DNA of 61,427 bases from Bacteroidota bacterium (GTDB lineage Bacteria > Bacteroidota > Ignavibacteria > SZUA-365), in NCBI GenBank assembly GCA_035914695.1, contig JAMIQH010000090.1, positions 1-61,427 on the forward strand, written 5' to 3'. The notes under the pieces were generated by a model that ran no database searches, had not been told where the DNA came from, and saw only the letters and a list, made by a program, of their open reading frames with translations. A program made the translations under genes and the position numbers. Every line of letters starts with the position of its first letter. Position 1 is the stretch's first letter. Positions 28,222 to 37,232 of the stretch are shown piece after piece.

Positions 28222-30063
28222 TTATCTGATCAGCACCACGCTTCTGCTGGCGTACGCGCCATCCGAGCGGAGAAGCAAGGTGTAGCTGCCGCTGGGAAGG
28301 TCGCGCGCATCGAGGCGCAACCGCGTCTCGCCCGCTGGCGCCATCTCGTTGTACAACTCGCGCACTGTGCGACCGAGCATATCGAGCAGCGTCAGACGCA
28401 GTTGGCGGGGACGCTCGCTGTGGAAGGACAGCATCGTGCTTTCCGTGAACGGATTGGGTTGCGCGGCGTCGAGTCGAAAGTCCGCAGACAACGCACCACT
28501 GCGCTCCACCGACAGCGTATTGACATCGATACGCGCCGAATACACGTCGATGTCTCCGTCGTTGCTGCGGCCATCGGCCCAGAACGGTATGGCGGTCGAG
28601 CCCGAAAGCAGCACCTGCGTATACTCGCCGATGCTGAATTTATTGTTCCGTTGCCCTGCCAACGCGATGTCCATGGCCGCCGCTGCCACCGGTGTGGAGG
28701 GCGAAAAGCTGGCGCCGCCATCCTTGGAAACAGCAATCGTGTAGCGCGCGGACATATTGGCGGCATCGTCGCGGCGGTCGTACCAGGTTACGGCCATTGT
28801 GCCGTCGTCGCCCACAGCCACGCTGGGGTGAAATTGATCGGCATTGCCGAGCGCGGTGTCGTCGTTGACAATGCGCGGCTGGCTCCAACTCGCGCCGCGG
28901 TCGTCGGACCACACGTGGTAAATATCCGCACCGCTACTCTTTTTTTCGGTGATGCCCGTGCCGGACCACACCACATGCACGCGGCCGCGTGTAGACGAGG
29001 ACGAGCGGTCCAGCGCCACATGCGGACAGGGATACACGCGGTTGTGGTCGAGTCCCTCGATGGTACCCTGGCTGTCCTGCTCCGACCACTTCGGAATCAC
29101 GACATCGGTGATGTTCACCGGCGCGGCGAAGGACGCGCCGCCATCGGTGGAAAGGGCGTGGTACAGCGCGTATTGCTTTTGATCGGTTGAGCCGAGGTAG
29201 ATCACATGCACGCCGCCGTCCGCATCGACATCGATGCTGGTGAATTGCGCGAAGGCCAGATCGGGAGCGGACACCCGCACTTCGCCGATTTCAAATTCCA
29301 GCGACTGCGGGAGTTTTCGGCGCACGACGATGCTCATGCGTTCATTGACCGCGTGCAAATAGGCCGCGTACACGCGTCCCCGATAGGGCGAATTCGTACG
29401 ATCGGCCGCCATCCATTGCTTGTCGGCCGCATCCACCACGCGCGTGAGATCCATGATTTCGGCTTCGGCCAACACGTCGTTGTCCGCTCGCAGCCAGTTT
29501 TCGCCGCCATCGGTGGAATACGCCCAGAATATGCTCATGTACAGCGGCAGCTTCATACCGGAGAGGTACAAATTGATCCAGGAAAAATACACCGTGCCAT
29601 TGGCGTCGTACACGAACACCGGATCGCCACCACCAGCGACCTGCGAACCCGGGCGCGTGGGGAGATTGCGAAAGGTGCTTTTCGTCCAGGTGTTGCCGCC
29701 GTCGCGTGTGAAATAGATGGGGCACAGCAGCGCCTGCATGGGATTGTTGTTATCCAGGCGCATGGCCGACACCACCATGTTCGTTGGGTCGAGGGGATTG
29801 ATGGCGGCATGTACTTCGGATTCCGGCAGAGGATCGCTGCTCACCACGGTTTCCACGCCGGATTTCATGGCGCGTGGCGATGCTGTGCTTTCCGCGGCCT
29901 GCTCCGTGGATTGCGCGGCGCGTTGAAGCAATTCCTCGAAGCGGGCCGGGTCGATGCGCAGTTTCTCGCGCACGATGTCGCGCAATGTTTCGTTGTGCTG
30001 CGCCTGCGTCAGCGTGAAGCAGCCAGCAAGCAAGAGCATGACCAATCCGATTCGAGTTTTCAT
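28222..30063 (-). CDS. Secreted BNR/Asp-box beta-propeller protein (sialidase fold) with T9SS tail
   Basis: Start ATG 30063 (MKTRIGLVMLLLAGCFTLTQAQ), or ATG 30075. Asp-boxes: FTRDGGNTWTKS, YSTDGGENW, LSTDGGASF, WSDDRGASWSQ, VSKDGGASF. I did not see a FRIP motif. Tail: AAQPNPFTESTMLSF...LPSGSYTLLLRSDGAYASRSVVLIR. Confidence 0.88.
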   Translation of the reverse strand: MKTRIGLVMLLLAGCFTLTQAQHNETLRDIVREKLRIDPARFEELLQRAAQSTEQAAESTASPRAMKSGVETVVSSDPLPESEVHAAINPLDPTNMVVSAMRLDNNNPMQALLCPIYFTRDGGNTWTKSTFRNLPTRPGSQVAGGGDPVFVYDANGTVYFSWINLYLSGMKLPLYMSIFWAYSTDGGENWLRADNDVLAEAEIMDLTRVVDAADKQWMAADRTNSPYRGRVYAAYLHAVNERMSIVVRRKLPQSLEFEIGEVRVSAPDLAFAQFTSIDVDADGGVHVIYLGSTDQKQYALYHALSTDGGASFAAPVNITDVVIPKWSEQDSQGTIEGLDHNRVYPCPHVALDRSSSSTRGRVHVVWSGTGITEKKSSGADIYHVWSDDRGASWSQPRIVNDDTALGNADQFHPSVAVGDDGTMAVTWYDRRDDAANMSARYTIAVSKDGGASFSPSTPVAAAAMDIALAGQRNNKFSIGEYTQVLLSGSTAIPFWADGRSNDGDIDVYSARIDVNTLSVERSGALSADFRLDAAQPNPFTESTMLSFHSERPRQLRLTLLDMLGRTVRELYNEMAPAGETRLRLDARDLPSGSYTLLLRSDGAYASRSVVLIR

Positions 30064-30214
30064 GTCGTTCTCCATAGGGATGCGGGCAAAGGTGAACGGG
30101 AGTATGGACAGGGAAATCTGCAAAATGTAACGGTGAGATGCCATGGTCTTGCCGCGACCCCGCATTTGATCGATCCCGCATCTGAGTTTGCGGAGTCGGT
30201 CACTTCTGTTTTTA

Positions 30215-30475
30215 ACGCAGAGATCACCGAGGGCACAGAGGGCGCGGAGGATTGTTCTAGCGCAGTCCGCAAGAATCCTGTCGAACGCAAAGACGTGGAG
30301 ACGCTCAGCCGGGCGTTCCGCCGCAATCGAGCCAACGCAAGGGCACGGAGACGCTTACCCGCCAACCCTCCGGGTCCTCGGTGTGGCGAAGCCCTCCGGG
30401 TACTCCGTGCCAGCGAAGCGCTCGGTGTTGGCGAAGCCCTCCGTGTTCTCTGTGTTCCCGCGAAGCCTGCGCTCC
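30215..30475. repeat. Composite palindromic intergenic repeat, copy 3
   Basis: Left arm: acgcagagatcaccgagggcacagagggcgcggagg. Centre: gattgttctagcgcag... with a duplicated core (tcgaacgcaaagacgtggagacgc, and aatcgagccaacgcaagggcacggagacgc at 30325-30354). Right arm units: gaagccctccgggtactccgtgccagc / gaagcgctcggtgttggc / gaagccctccgtgttctctgtgttcccgc. The orientation matches copies 1 and 2. Confidence 0.8.
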
Positions 30476-30580
30476 AAGCCCCCGATGTTCATGGAGAAAT
30501 TTCGCCACCGCAATTCCCGGCGCTTTCCCGTATATTGGCTTTGATTGGCCCAACCTTCATTTTTTTCAACAGGTACGCCT

Positions 30581-33571
30581 ATGATCTCTCGACTACTTTC
30601 GTTGCTATCCTTGTTGTTGATCGCGACGGTGATGACGGCTTCCGCTTCCATGGAGAAGCGTCCAGGTCGTGAAAGCGCAGAACACAAACCCCTGGTCGCG
30701 CACAACATTGTTGTGCTCAAACTCGCGCAACAGCCCAATCTCGTGGCGGGTGCGAAAGCCGTGGGTCTGCACGGCGTGGATCGCATTCTCACGCGCATCG
30801 GCGTCAACGCCATACAGCCCATTCACAGTACGCAGGCGCTGCGCAAGAGTGCTTCGCCCGAAGCGCTGTCTCTCGCGCGCATTATGGTCGTGCGCTATGA
30901 TGCGCCCGTGGATCCCTACACGTTGGCTTCGGAGCTGTCACGCGAGAGCGGTGTCGAATATGCGGAGCCCTACTACGATTACCGCCCGCTGTACACGCCC
31001 AACGACACGCGCCTCTCCAGCCAATGGGCGCTGGCCATGATGAACATGGAGCAGGCCTGGGATATCACCAAGGGCGACTCGACCATCGTCATCGGCTATG
31101 TGGATACCGGCGTGAATTACACACATGAGGATCTGTCGCAGGCGCTGTGGATCAATCCCGGCGAGTACGGAGCCACTGGCGAACTGCGCAACAACGGTCA
31201 GGACGACGACGGCAATGGTCTTGTGGACGATTGGCGCGGTTGGGATTTCATCGGCAATGGCAGCGGCCAACAACCGAATCCCGACAACGATCCCATGGAC
31301 ATCAATGGACATGGCACCAACGGCGCGTCCATCGCGGCCGCATCCACCGACAACGGCAAGGGCATTGCCGGCATCGGTTTCCGCAGCAAGATTCTCGCGA
31401 TCAAGGTGCAGGACGATGCGGGGCAGGGAGGGATGTTCGGCTACTCGGGCATTCCCTACGCCGCCGACATGGGCTGCAAGGTCATCAACTGCAGTTGGGG
31501 CTCGAATGGCTTCATCAGCCAGACCATGCAGGATGTGATCGACTACGCGTATTCCAAAGGCGCGCTGGTTGTGGCAGGTGCTGGCAACAGCACCATCGAC
31601 AACGATGTGCTGCCCTTCGTCCCCAGCAGCTTGCGGCACGTGCTGAGTGTCAGCTCGCAGGAGCCCGACGGCACGGCATCCAACTGGGCGGCGTTCGGTT
31701 CGTCGGTGGATGTGTTTGCCCCCGGCAAGGATGTGCTGGCGGCCCGTGGTGGTTTCGGTTATCAGAACGTCACCGGCACCTCCTTCGCCGGTCCGATGAT
31801 GTCCGGACTCGCAGCGCTGATTTTCAGCATTCATCCCGACTGGACGCCCGATCAGGTGAAAAAGCAGATCAAGGTCACCAGCGAGGCCTTCGGCGGTACG
31901 CGCACTCCGGATTTCTACGGCCGCCCGAATGCGTTGAAGGCATTGACACTCAATCAGAATCTCGCTGACATTCCCGGCCTGATGATTCAAGGCACCACGG
32001 TCACAACGCCTGCGGGCAACTACTTCTCCGAGGGTGGCCAGACCGCCCAGATCTCGCTGCAAATCGCCAATCACCTCGCACCCACCAGCGCCAACGCCAC
32101 GATGAGCGTGGCCATCAAGGGCGGCGGAGCCACGGTGAGCAATGGCACGCAGACTATCGGTGTGCTGGCGACGAAGGCGACGAAGTCGCTGAATTTTTCC
32201 ATCACGCTCAACGACGATCCCCCCGCGAGCGAGGGCTATATCGTGGCGGTGGTGACGTTCACCGATGGATCCTACGTGGACTACGACGTCGTACGCGTAC
32301 CGCTGTTCATCGATAATGAGTGGCACACTTCCCTCGATCTGCGTTATCCGTACAACTCCATTGACATGCCTGATCGCTGGACGGTGTGGGTCAGCGGCAA
32401 TCTCACGCAGAACGGCGCCACCACGCAGGACATTGCGCTGCGCAGCACCGACGGCGGTGACAGTTGGTTGTTCGCTTTCGGTACCGGCTTCCCCAGCCCC
32501 AAGGGTGTGTATTGCATCGACGGTGTGGACGATGTGATCGCGTTCGTGGGCACGGGTCCCGCCGACGGGAATGCCGAGATTTATCGCACGCAGGATGGCG
32601 GTGTGAATTGGACCGGCACCAGTGTGGCAAGCATGACACCGTTTGTCAACTGGATTCACATGTTCGACGCATCGAACGGCATTTTCCAGGGCGATCCGAA
32701 AAACGGCGTGTGGGGTATCGGCCGCACCAGCAATGGTGGGCAAACCTGGGCGCCGATTGCGACGCCGCTGAGCGGTCCGGGCACCGAAGCCGGCTGGAAC
32801 AACGCCTATGATTTCATCGGTGACATCGGCTGGTTCGGTACGAACAACAGCAAGATCTACAAGACCACCGATCGCGGCGCCACCTGGACCTCGTATGCGA
32901 CGCCGTCGAAAAACTCGGTGGACATCTCCTTCCGCGACGAGATGGTGGGAATCGCCCGCTTCTCGAATGTCAACGGCAGTGGCACCGACACACTTGCGGT
33001 GACGCAGGATGGCGGACAGACCTGGACCATTCTGACAAGCTTGGCCGGCGGTAGTGGTACCGCCATGTTCGAGCGCGGCGGACGCCGGTTGTGGTTCCTG
33101 AAAGGGACCAACGCCTATGTTTCCAACGACCTCGGCGCCACCTGGCGCGTGCGTCCGACGCCCATGGCATTCGATTTCGTGAGCGACGCCGACATGTGGA
33201 CCGACGGCTTCATCACGCTGGCCTTTGCGGCGGGTATTCAGCTCTATCGTTTCGAAGCGCCGTTCGAATCGGCCGTGTCCACTGGCGACACGCCGATGCT
33301 TCCGTCGGGTATGACGCTGGAAGCCGTGTATCCCAATCCCGCGCAGGGCAACGTGCTGACCGCGCAGTTCAGCATGCCTCGTGCCGAAAACGTCACGCTC
33401 GCGCTGTATGACATGGCGGGTCGTGAAGTACGGCGCGCGGTCGAAGCCACGCTGGAAGCCGGCGTACACAGCGCGCGCGTTTCCACCCGCGGTCTGGCCT
33501 CGGGCGCGTATCTGCTCCGCCTGACCTCCGCGACGTCCACCGCTTCGCAGGTGGTGAACATCAGCCGCTGA
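30581..33571 (+). CDS. Secreted S8 subtilisin-family protease fused to an Asp-box beta-propeller, with T9SS tail (paralog 1)
   Basis: Start ATG 30581 (MISRLLSLLSLLLIATVMTASA). Catalytic triad: VIGYVDTGVN, HGTNGASIAAAS, GTSFAGPMMSG. Ca-loop: NGQDDDGNGLVDDWRGWDF. Propeller Asp-boxes: STDGGDSW, TQDGGVNWT, TSNGGQTWA, TTDRGATWT, TQDGGQTWT, SNDLGATWR. Tail: AVYPNPAQGNVLTAQFSM...LASGAYLLRLTSATSTASQVVNISR. Confidence 0.93.
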   Translation: MISRLLSLLSLLLIATVMTASASMEKRPGRESAEHKPLVAHNIVVLKLAQQPNLVAGAKAVGLHGVDRILTRIGVNAIQPIHSTQALRKSASPEALSLARIMVVRYDAPVDPYTLASELSRESGVEYAEPYYDYRPLYTPNDTRLSSQWALAMMNMEQAWDITKGDSTIVIGYVDTGVNYTHEDLSQALWINPGEYGATGELRNNGQDDDGNGLVDDWRGWDFIGNGSGQQPNPDNDPMDINGHGTNGASIAAASTDNGKGIAGIGFRSKILAIKVQDDAGQGGMFGYSGIPYAADMGCKVINCSWGSNGFISQTMQDVIDYAYSKGALVVAGAGNSTIDNDVLPFVPSSLRHVLSVSSQEPDGTASNWAAFGSSVDVFAPGKDVLAARGGFGYQNVTGTSFAGPMMSGLAALIFSIHPDWTPDQVKKQIKVTSEAFGGTRTPDFYGRPNALKALTLNQNLADIPGLMIQGTTVTTPAGNYFSEGGQTAQISLQIANHLAPTSANATMSVAIKGGGATVSNGTQTIGVLATKATKSLNFSITLNDDPPASEGYIVAVVTFTDGSYVDYDVVRVPLFIDNEWHTSLDLRYPYNSIDMPDRWTVWVSGNLTQNGATTQDIALRSTDGGDSWLFAFGTGFPSPKGVYCIDGVDDVIAFVGTGPADGNAEIYRTQDGGVNWTGTSVASMTPFVNWIHMFDASNGIFQGDPKNGVWGIGRTSNGGQTWAPIATPLSGPGTEAGWNNAYDFIGDIGWFGTNNSKIYKTTDRGATWTSYATPSKNSVDISFRDEMVGIARFSNVNGSGTDTLAVTQDGGQTWTILTSLAGGSGTAMFERGGRRLWFLKGTNAYVSNDLGATWRVRPTPMAFDFVSDADMWTDGFITLAFAAGIQLYRFEAPFESAVSTGDTPMLPSGMTLEAVYPNPAQGNVLTAQFSMPRAENVTLALYDMAGREVRRAVEATLEAGVHSARVSTRGLASGAYLLRLTSATSTASQVVNISR

Positions 33572-33592
33572 CGCAAACGCGGCGAAGGTGCC

Positions 33593-33643
33593 GAACGCCA
33601 CACCGTCCCCGTTCGACGCGGGGCGGTGTGGCGTTCTTGTTTT
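33593..33643 (+). terminator. Rho-independent terminator after S8 paralog 1
   Basis: 13-bp stem GAACGCCACACCG / CGGTGTGGCGTTC with an inner CCCCG/CGGGG helix, followed by TTGTTTT. Confidence 0.8.
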
Positions 33644-33754
33644 ATCGCAGCGCACTGTTCAGTACAGACGTCGCAGCAGGCGCTCCGCGTACGGGATGGG
33701 GGGAAAGAGTAAAGCAGGAACCTCGTACGAGCGCTTCGAGCGGGATCGGCCTCC

Positions 33755-33866
33755 GTGATTTCGGATTCTTCACTCTTTACTTTCTACCACGGATTACGCG
33801 GATTATCGCGGATTCTCACAGATTCGCGGAATGCATCTGTGAAAATCCGTGTGAAATCCGTGGAAT
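33755..33866. repeat. AT-richer spacer holding a phased GATT array and its inverted AATC counterpart
   Basis: GATT occurs at 33757, 33764, 33792, 33801, 33811 and 33821 (ggattacgcg gattatcgcg gattctcaca gattcgcgg). Inverted AATC(C) occurs at 33844, 33855 and 33864. The outer dyad is CCACGGATT (33787-33795) / AATCCGTGG (33855-33863). It lies about 160-270 bp upstream of S8 paralog 2. Confidence 0.7.
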
Positions 33867-34026
33867 CGGTGTTTCGATTATCATACCATGTTGCGAAGCA
33901 TCGAATGTTCTCTTATTACCACGGATATCTCTGACTGGCAGGTATTTTTCCCTGCTGCGAAGCCCGCCGTTTTCGTATTTTACAGGGACGTTAGCTTTTG
34001 CCCTCTCGAATCAGTAACGGTGATCC

Positions 34027-37000
34027 ATGACACTTTGCACCAGAGCCCTCGCTCTCGCGACGCTGTTGCTCGTCGCCCAATCGTTTGCCCTGGCCGAACG
34101 GCCCGAGCGTTCCAACTCCACCACCACATCGTTTCAGCGCGGCACGATGAGCATCGTGCCCAACGTGCTGCTGATCAAGCTCCGCCCGCAGACCATGTTC
34201 ACGGCGGGAGAGCGCAGCATTGGCGTCTCCTCGTTGGATGCGCTGTTCGCGCGCATCGGCGTGACCGAGCTGCGAAGTTTCGCGCTGCGTGAGACAGCCA
34301 GTTTGAGGAAATCCGCCGTCAGCGGACTGCACAGCACGCGCATCATTCGCATCAACTACAGCGCGAACGAACATCCCGACGTACTCGCGCGGGAAGTGTC
34401 CATGGATGCGGCGGTGGAATACGCCGAGCCCTACTACGAATTTCCTCTCAGTCGCACACCCAACGATCCCAATCTCGCGCAGCAGTGGGCCGTTAATGTG
34501 ATGAAGCTCAAGGAGGCCTGGGACATCACCACCGGCGACAGCACGATAGTGATCGGCGATGTCGACACCGGCGTCGACTGGCAACACGAAGATCTCGCGC
34601 TGAACATCTGGACGAATCCGGGTGAATGGGGCACTACCGGCGAATTGAGCACCAACGGCGTTGATGACGATGCCAATGGAAAAATCGACGACTGGCATGG
34701 ATGGGATTTTCTTGGCAACGGCACCAGCCAGAGTCCCAAACCGGACAACAACCCCATGGACGGCGCCCTCGGACATGGCACCAACACCTCGGGTTGCGCC
34801 GCCGCGCGCACCAACAACGGTGTGGGCATTGCGGGCAGCGGCTACAGCGCCAAGATTCTCGCCATCAAGGCATCGAGCGACAACTCCATGGGCGTGGGTG
34901 CGGGTTACGAGGGCATACTCTACGCCGTGCAAATGGGCGCCCGCATCATCAACTGTAGTTGGGGCGGCACGGGTGCCTTTTCACAAACGTTGCAGGACAT
35001 CATCGACGACGCCAATGCCGTTGGCACACTGGTGGTAGGTTCCTCGGGCAACGATCCCCTCGACAACGACTACATCCCGCATTTCCCCTCATCGCTGAAC
35101 CATGTGCTGAACGTGGGCTCGGTGGAATCCAGCGGTGCCGCCTCCACCTGGTGCACCTACGGAACGTCGGTGAGCACCTACGCGCCGGGCACGTCCATCC
35201 TCACCACGGCCAAGGGTGGTCGGTATACGAGTCCTCAGGGCACGTCCTTCTCGTCGCCGCTCGCGGCCGGTGTCGCGGCACTCGTCATGGCCGTGCATCC
35301 GGACTGGACGCCCGATCAGGTGGCGACGCAGATACGCGTGACCAGCGACCGTTTCAACACGCAGAACGACTCGAAGCGCTATGGCCGCATCAATGCCTAC
35401 AAGGCGGTGAGCGTGAACGCCACTCTGAGCGACATTCCCGGCGTTCGTCTGAAAAGTTCGAACGTGCAGATCGAAGGCGGCGGCTTCCGTTTCACCGAGC
35501 CGGGACAAAAGGCCCGCGTTAGCATGACATTGGAGAATGTTCTGGCTCCCACCTCCGATCAAGCCACGGCCACGCTGGCCATCGACGATCCCTCGCTGAT
35601 CGCCGACCCGCTCAGTGTGCCGCTCGGCGTGATGGCCACGTTTGACACGCGTTTGATTGAATTCGATGTCACCCTGTCGAATTTGCCCCGCACTTCCGAG
35701 GGCTATTTGCCCGTGCGTCTGCGCATCGACGATGGCGCGTACAGTGATTTCGTCGTGGTGCGCATCGCCATTTTCCTCACCGATGCCTGGCACACGACGC
35801 TGTCGTTTGAAACGCCGTATTTCACCAGCATCAGTCCGGCATCGACCACGGCGGCCTGGGCGGCGGCCCATGTGGGCAATCAGGACGCCGCATTCCGCAC
35901 GGTGAATGGTGGCGGTTCCTGGTCCAATGCCAGCGGTTCGGGTTTCCCGACGGGCAAGGGCGTGTATTGCATTTTCGCTCCGTCGAGTTCGAATGCGCTT
36001 GTCGGAACCGGGCCCTCATCCGGCGCGGCCGAGGTGTTTCGCAGCACCAATGGCGGCACGAATTGGACGGGTGTCTCGGTGGCGAATATCACCGGTTTTG
36101 TGAACTGGATACACATGTTCGATGCCTCCAACGGTATTCTTCAGGGTGATCCGCGCAGCAACATCTGGGGCCTGGCCACCACGACGGACGGTGGCGCCAC
36201 CTGGTCGGCGCTGGCGACGCCTGTGACGGCCGCGGCCAGCGAAGCGGGCTGGAACAACAGCTACGCCTGCGTGGGCGATACGCTGTGGTTCGGCACCAAC
36301 AACAGCCGCGTCTTCCGTTCCACTGATCGCGGTGTGACCTGGCAGAGTTTCACGACGCCGAGCAAGCATTCGGTGGACATGTCCTTTGCCGATAGTCAGC
36401 GCGGCGTGATCCGCTTCACCTCGCAGCAGAATCAAGGCGGCGAGGATGCCCTGGCCTACACCACGGATGGCGGCGAAACCTGGACGCGCATTACCACGAT
36501 TCAGCTCGCGAATGCGGCGGGCGTGCAAATGGAACCGCGCGGCAAGCGCATGTGGCTGATCCAGGGCACGAGCGCCTTCGTTTCCAGTGACATGGGCCAG
36601 ACCTGGACGGCGCAGGCCGTGCCGGGGAATTTCGGCACACTCACCACCACGGCAATCTGGGCCAACAACCTGCTCACGGATGTGTATGCCGGCGGATTGG
36701 ACATTTTCAAATACCGCTCGAATCTCCAGCCGTACAGCACCACGTCCACCGAAGTCCCAGCGGCCGGAGCTTTCCGCATCAACAATCTATATCCCAACCC
36801 TGTCACCAGCGGGGGCGCCACGCTGTCCTTTGCCGTGCGTGACATCGCCGATGTGCGCGTGGAACTGTACGACAATCTGGGCCGCCTGCTGCGCCGCGAT
36901 CTGGACGCACGGCTTGCGGCCGGAACGCATTCGGTGCGTATCGGCACAACGGGGCTGACACCGGGCGCGTATCACGTGCGCATCACGGTGAACGGACAGG

Positions 37001-37032
37001 TGGAGACGCGGAGTCTTCAGCTTCTGCGCTGA
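34027..37032 (+). CDS. Secreted S8 subtilisin-family protease fused to an Asp-box beta-propeller, with T9SS tail (paralog 2)
   Basis: MTLCTRALALATLLLVAQSFALA. Catalytic triad: VIGDVDTGVD, HGTNTSGCAAA, GTSFSSPLAAG. Ca-loop: NGVDDDANGKIDDWHGWDF. Asp-box-like blades: TVNGGGSWS, STNGGTNWT, TTDGGATWS, STDRGVTWQ, TTDGGETWT, SSDMGQTWT. Tail: NLYPNPVTSGGATLSFAV...LTPGAYHVRITVNGQVETRSLQLLR. Confidence 0.93.
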   Translation: MTLCTRALALATLLLVAQSFALAERPERSNSTTTSFQRGTMSIVPNVLLIKLRPQTMFTAGERSIGVSSLDALFARIGVTELRSFALRETASLRKSAVSGLHSTRIIRINYSANEHPDVLAREVSMDAAVEYAEPYYEFPLSRTPNDPNLAQQWAVNVMKLKEAWDITTGDSTIVIGDVDTGVDWQHEDLALNIWTNPGEWGTTGELSTNGVDDDANGKIDDWHGWDFLGNGTSQSPKPDNNPMDGALGHGTNTSGCAAARTNNGVGIAGSGYSAKILAIKASSDNSMGVGAGYEGILYAVQMGARIINCSWGGTGAFSQTLQDIIDDANAVGTLVVGSSGNDPLDNDYIPHFPSSLNHVLNVGSVESSGAASTWCTYGTSVSTYAPGTSILTTAKGGRYTSPQGTSFSSPLAAGVAALVMAVHPDWTPDQVATQIRVTSDRFNTQNDSKRYGRINAYKAVSVNATLSDIPGVRLKSSNVQIEGGGFRFTEPGQKARVSMTLENVLAPTSDQATATLAIDDPSLIADPLSVPLGVMATFDTRLIEFDVTLSNLPRTSEGYLPVRLRIDDGAYSDFVVVRIAIFLTDAWHTTLSFETPYFTSISPASTTAAWAAAHVGNQDAAFRTVNGGGSWSNASGSGFPTGKGVYCIFAPSSSNALVGTGPSSGAAEVFRSTNGGTNWTGVSVANITGFVNWIHMFDASNGILQGDPRSNIWGLATTTDGGATWSALATPVTAAASEAGWNNSYACVGDTLWFGTNNSRVFRSTDRGVTWQSFTTPSKHSVDMSFADSQRGVIRFTSQQNQGGEDALAYTTDGGETWTRITTIQLANAAGVQMEPRGKRMWLIQGTSAFVSSDMGQTWTAQAVPGNFGTLTTTAIWANNLLTDVYAGGLDIFKYRSNLQPYSTTSTEVPAAGAFRINNLYPNPVTSGGATLSFAVRDIADVRVELYDNLGRLLRRDLDARLAAGTHSVRIGTTGLTPGAYHVRITVNGQVETRSLQLLR

Positions 37033-37054
37033 TCGCCTCGTCAATGCGAACGAC

Positions 37055-37096
37055 ACATCGCCCGGTGGAGCAATGCTCGCCGGGCGATGCGCTTTT
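37055..37096 (+). terminator. Rho-independent terminator after S8 paralog 2
   Basis: Stem CATCGCCCGG(T)GGAGC-AAT-GCTC(G)CCGGGCGATG, followed by CGCTTTTC. Confidence 0.8.
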
Positions 37097-37119
37097 CGGG
37101 TGTCGGGTTTGGAAGAAAT

Positions 37120-37128
37120 TTGCTATAA
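37120..37128 (+). promoter_or_regulatory. Extended -10 promoter candidate for lgt
   Basis: TGCTATAAT (TGnTATAAT) lies at 37120-37128, right after the upstream terminator and about 105 nt before the lgt ATG. There is no good -35. Confidence 0.45.
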
Positions 37129-37232
37129 TTGTTGGCTTTGCATCGATTGCGGCGATACCGGCGGGAACGCTCGCCTGTCCACTCGTGGCAGGGCAGTGAC
37201 AGCATTTTCAGCACAGCGAAAAGTACAGACAC

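Noticed and set aside
31190-31260. Asp/Asn/Gly-rich loops in both S8 proteases (NGQDDDGNGLVDDW; NGVDDDANGKIDDW at about 34660-34700) as possible dockerins for the cohesin-like modules.
   Set aside because: There is a single loop per protein, embedded in the catalytic domain at the position of the usual subtilase Ca-binding insert. It is not a duplicated 22-residue dockerin repeat at a terminus.
33628-34017. 129-aa ORF in the spacer between the S8 paralogs (...FLPRITRIIADSHRFAECICENPCEIRGIG...).
   Set aside because: It is simply the translation of the phased GATT/AATC repeat array and the AT-rich spacer. It starts inside the upstream terminator. No RBS or family resemblance is seen.
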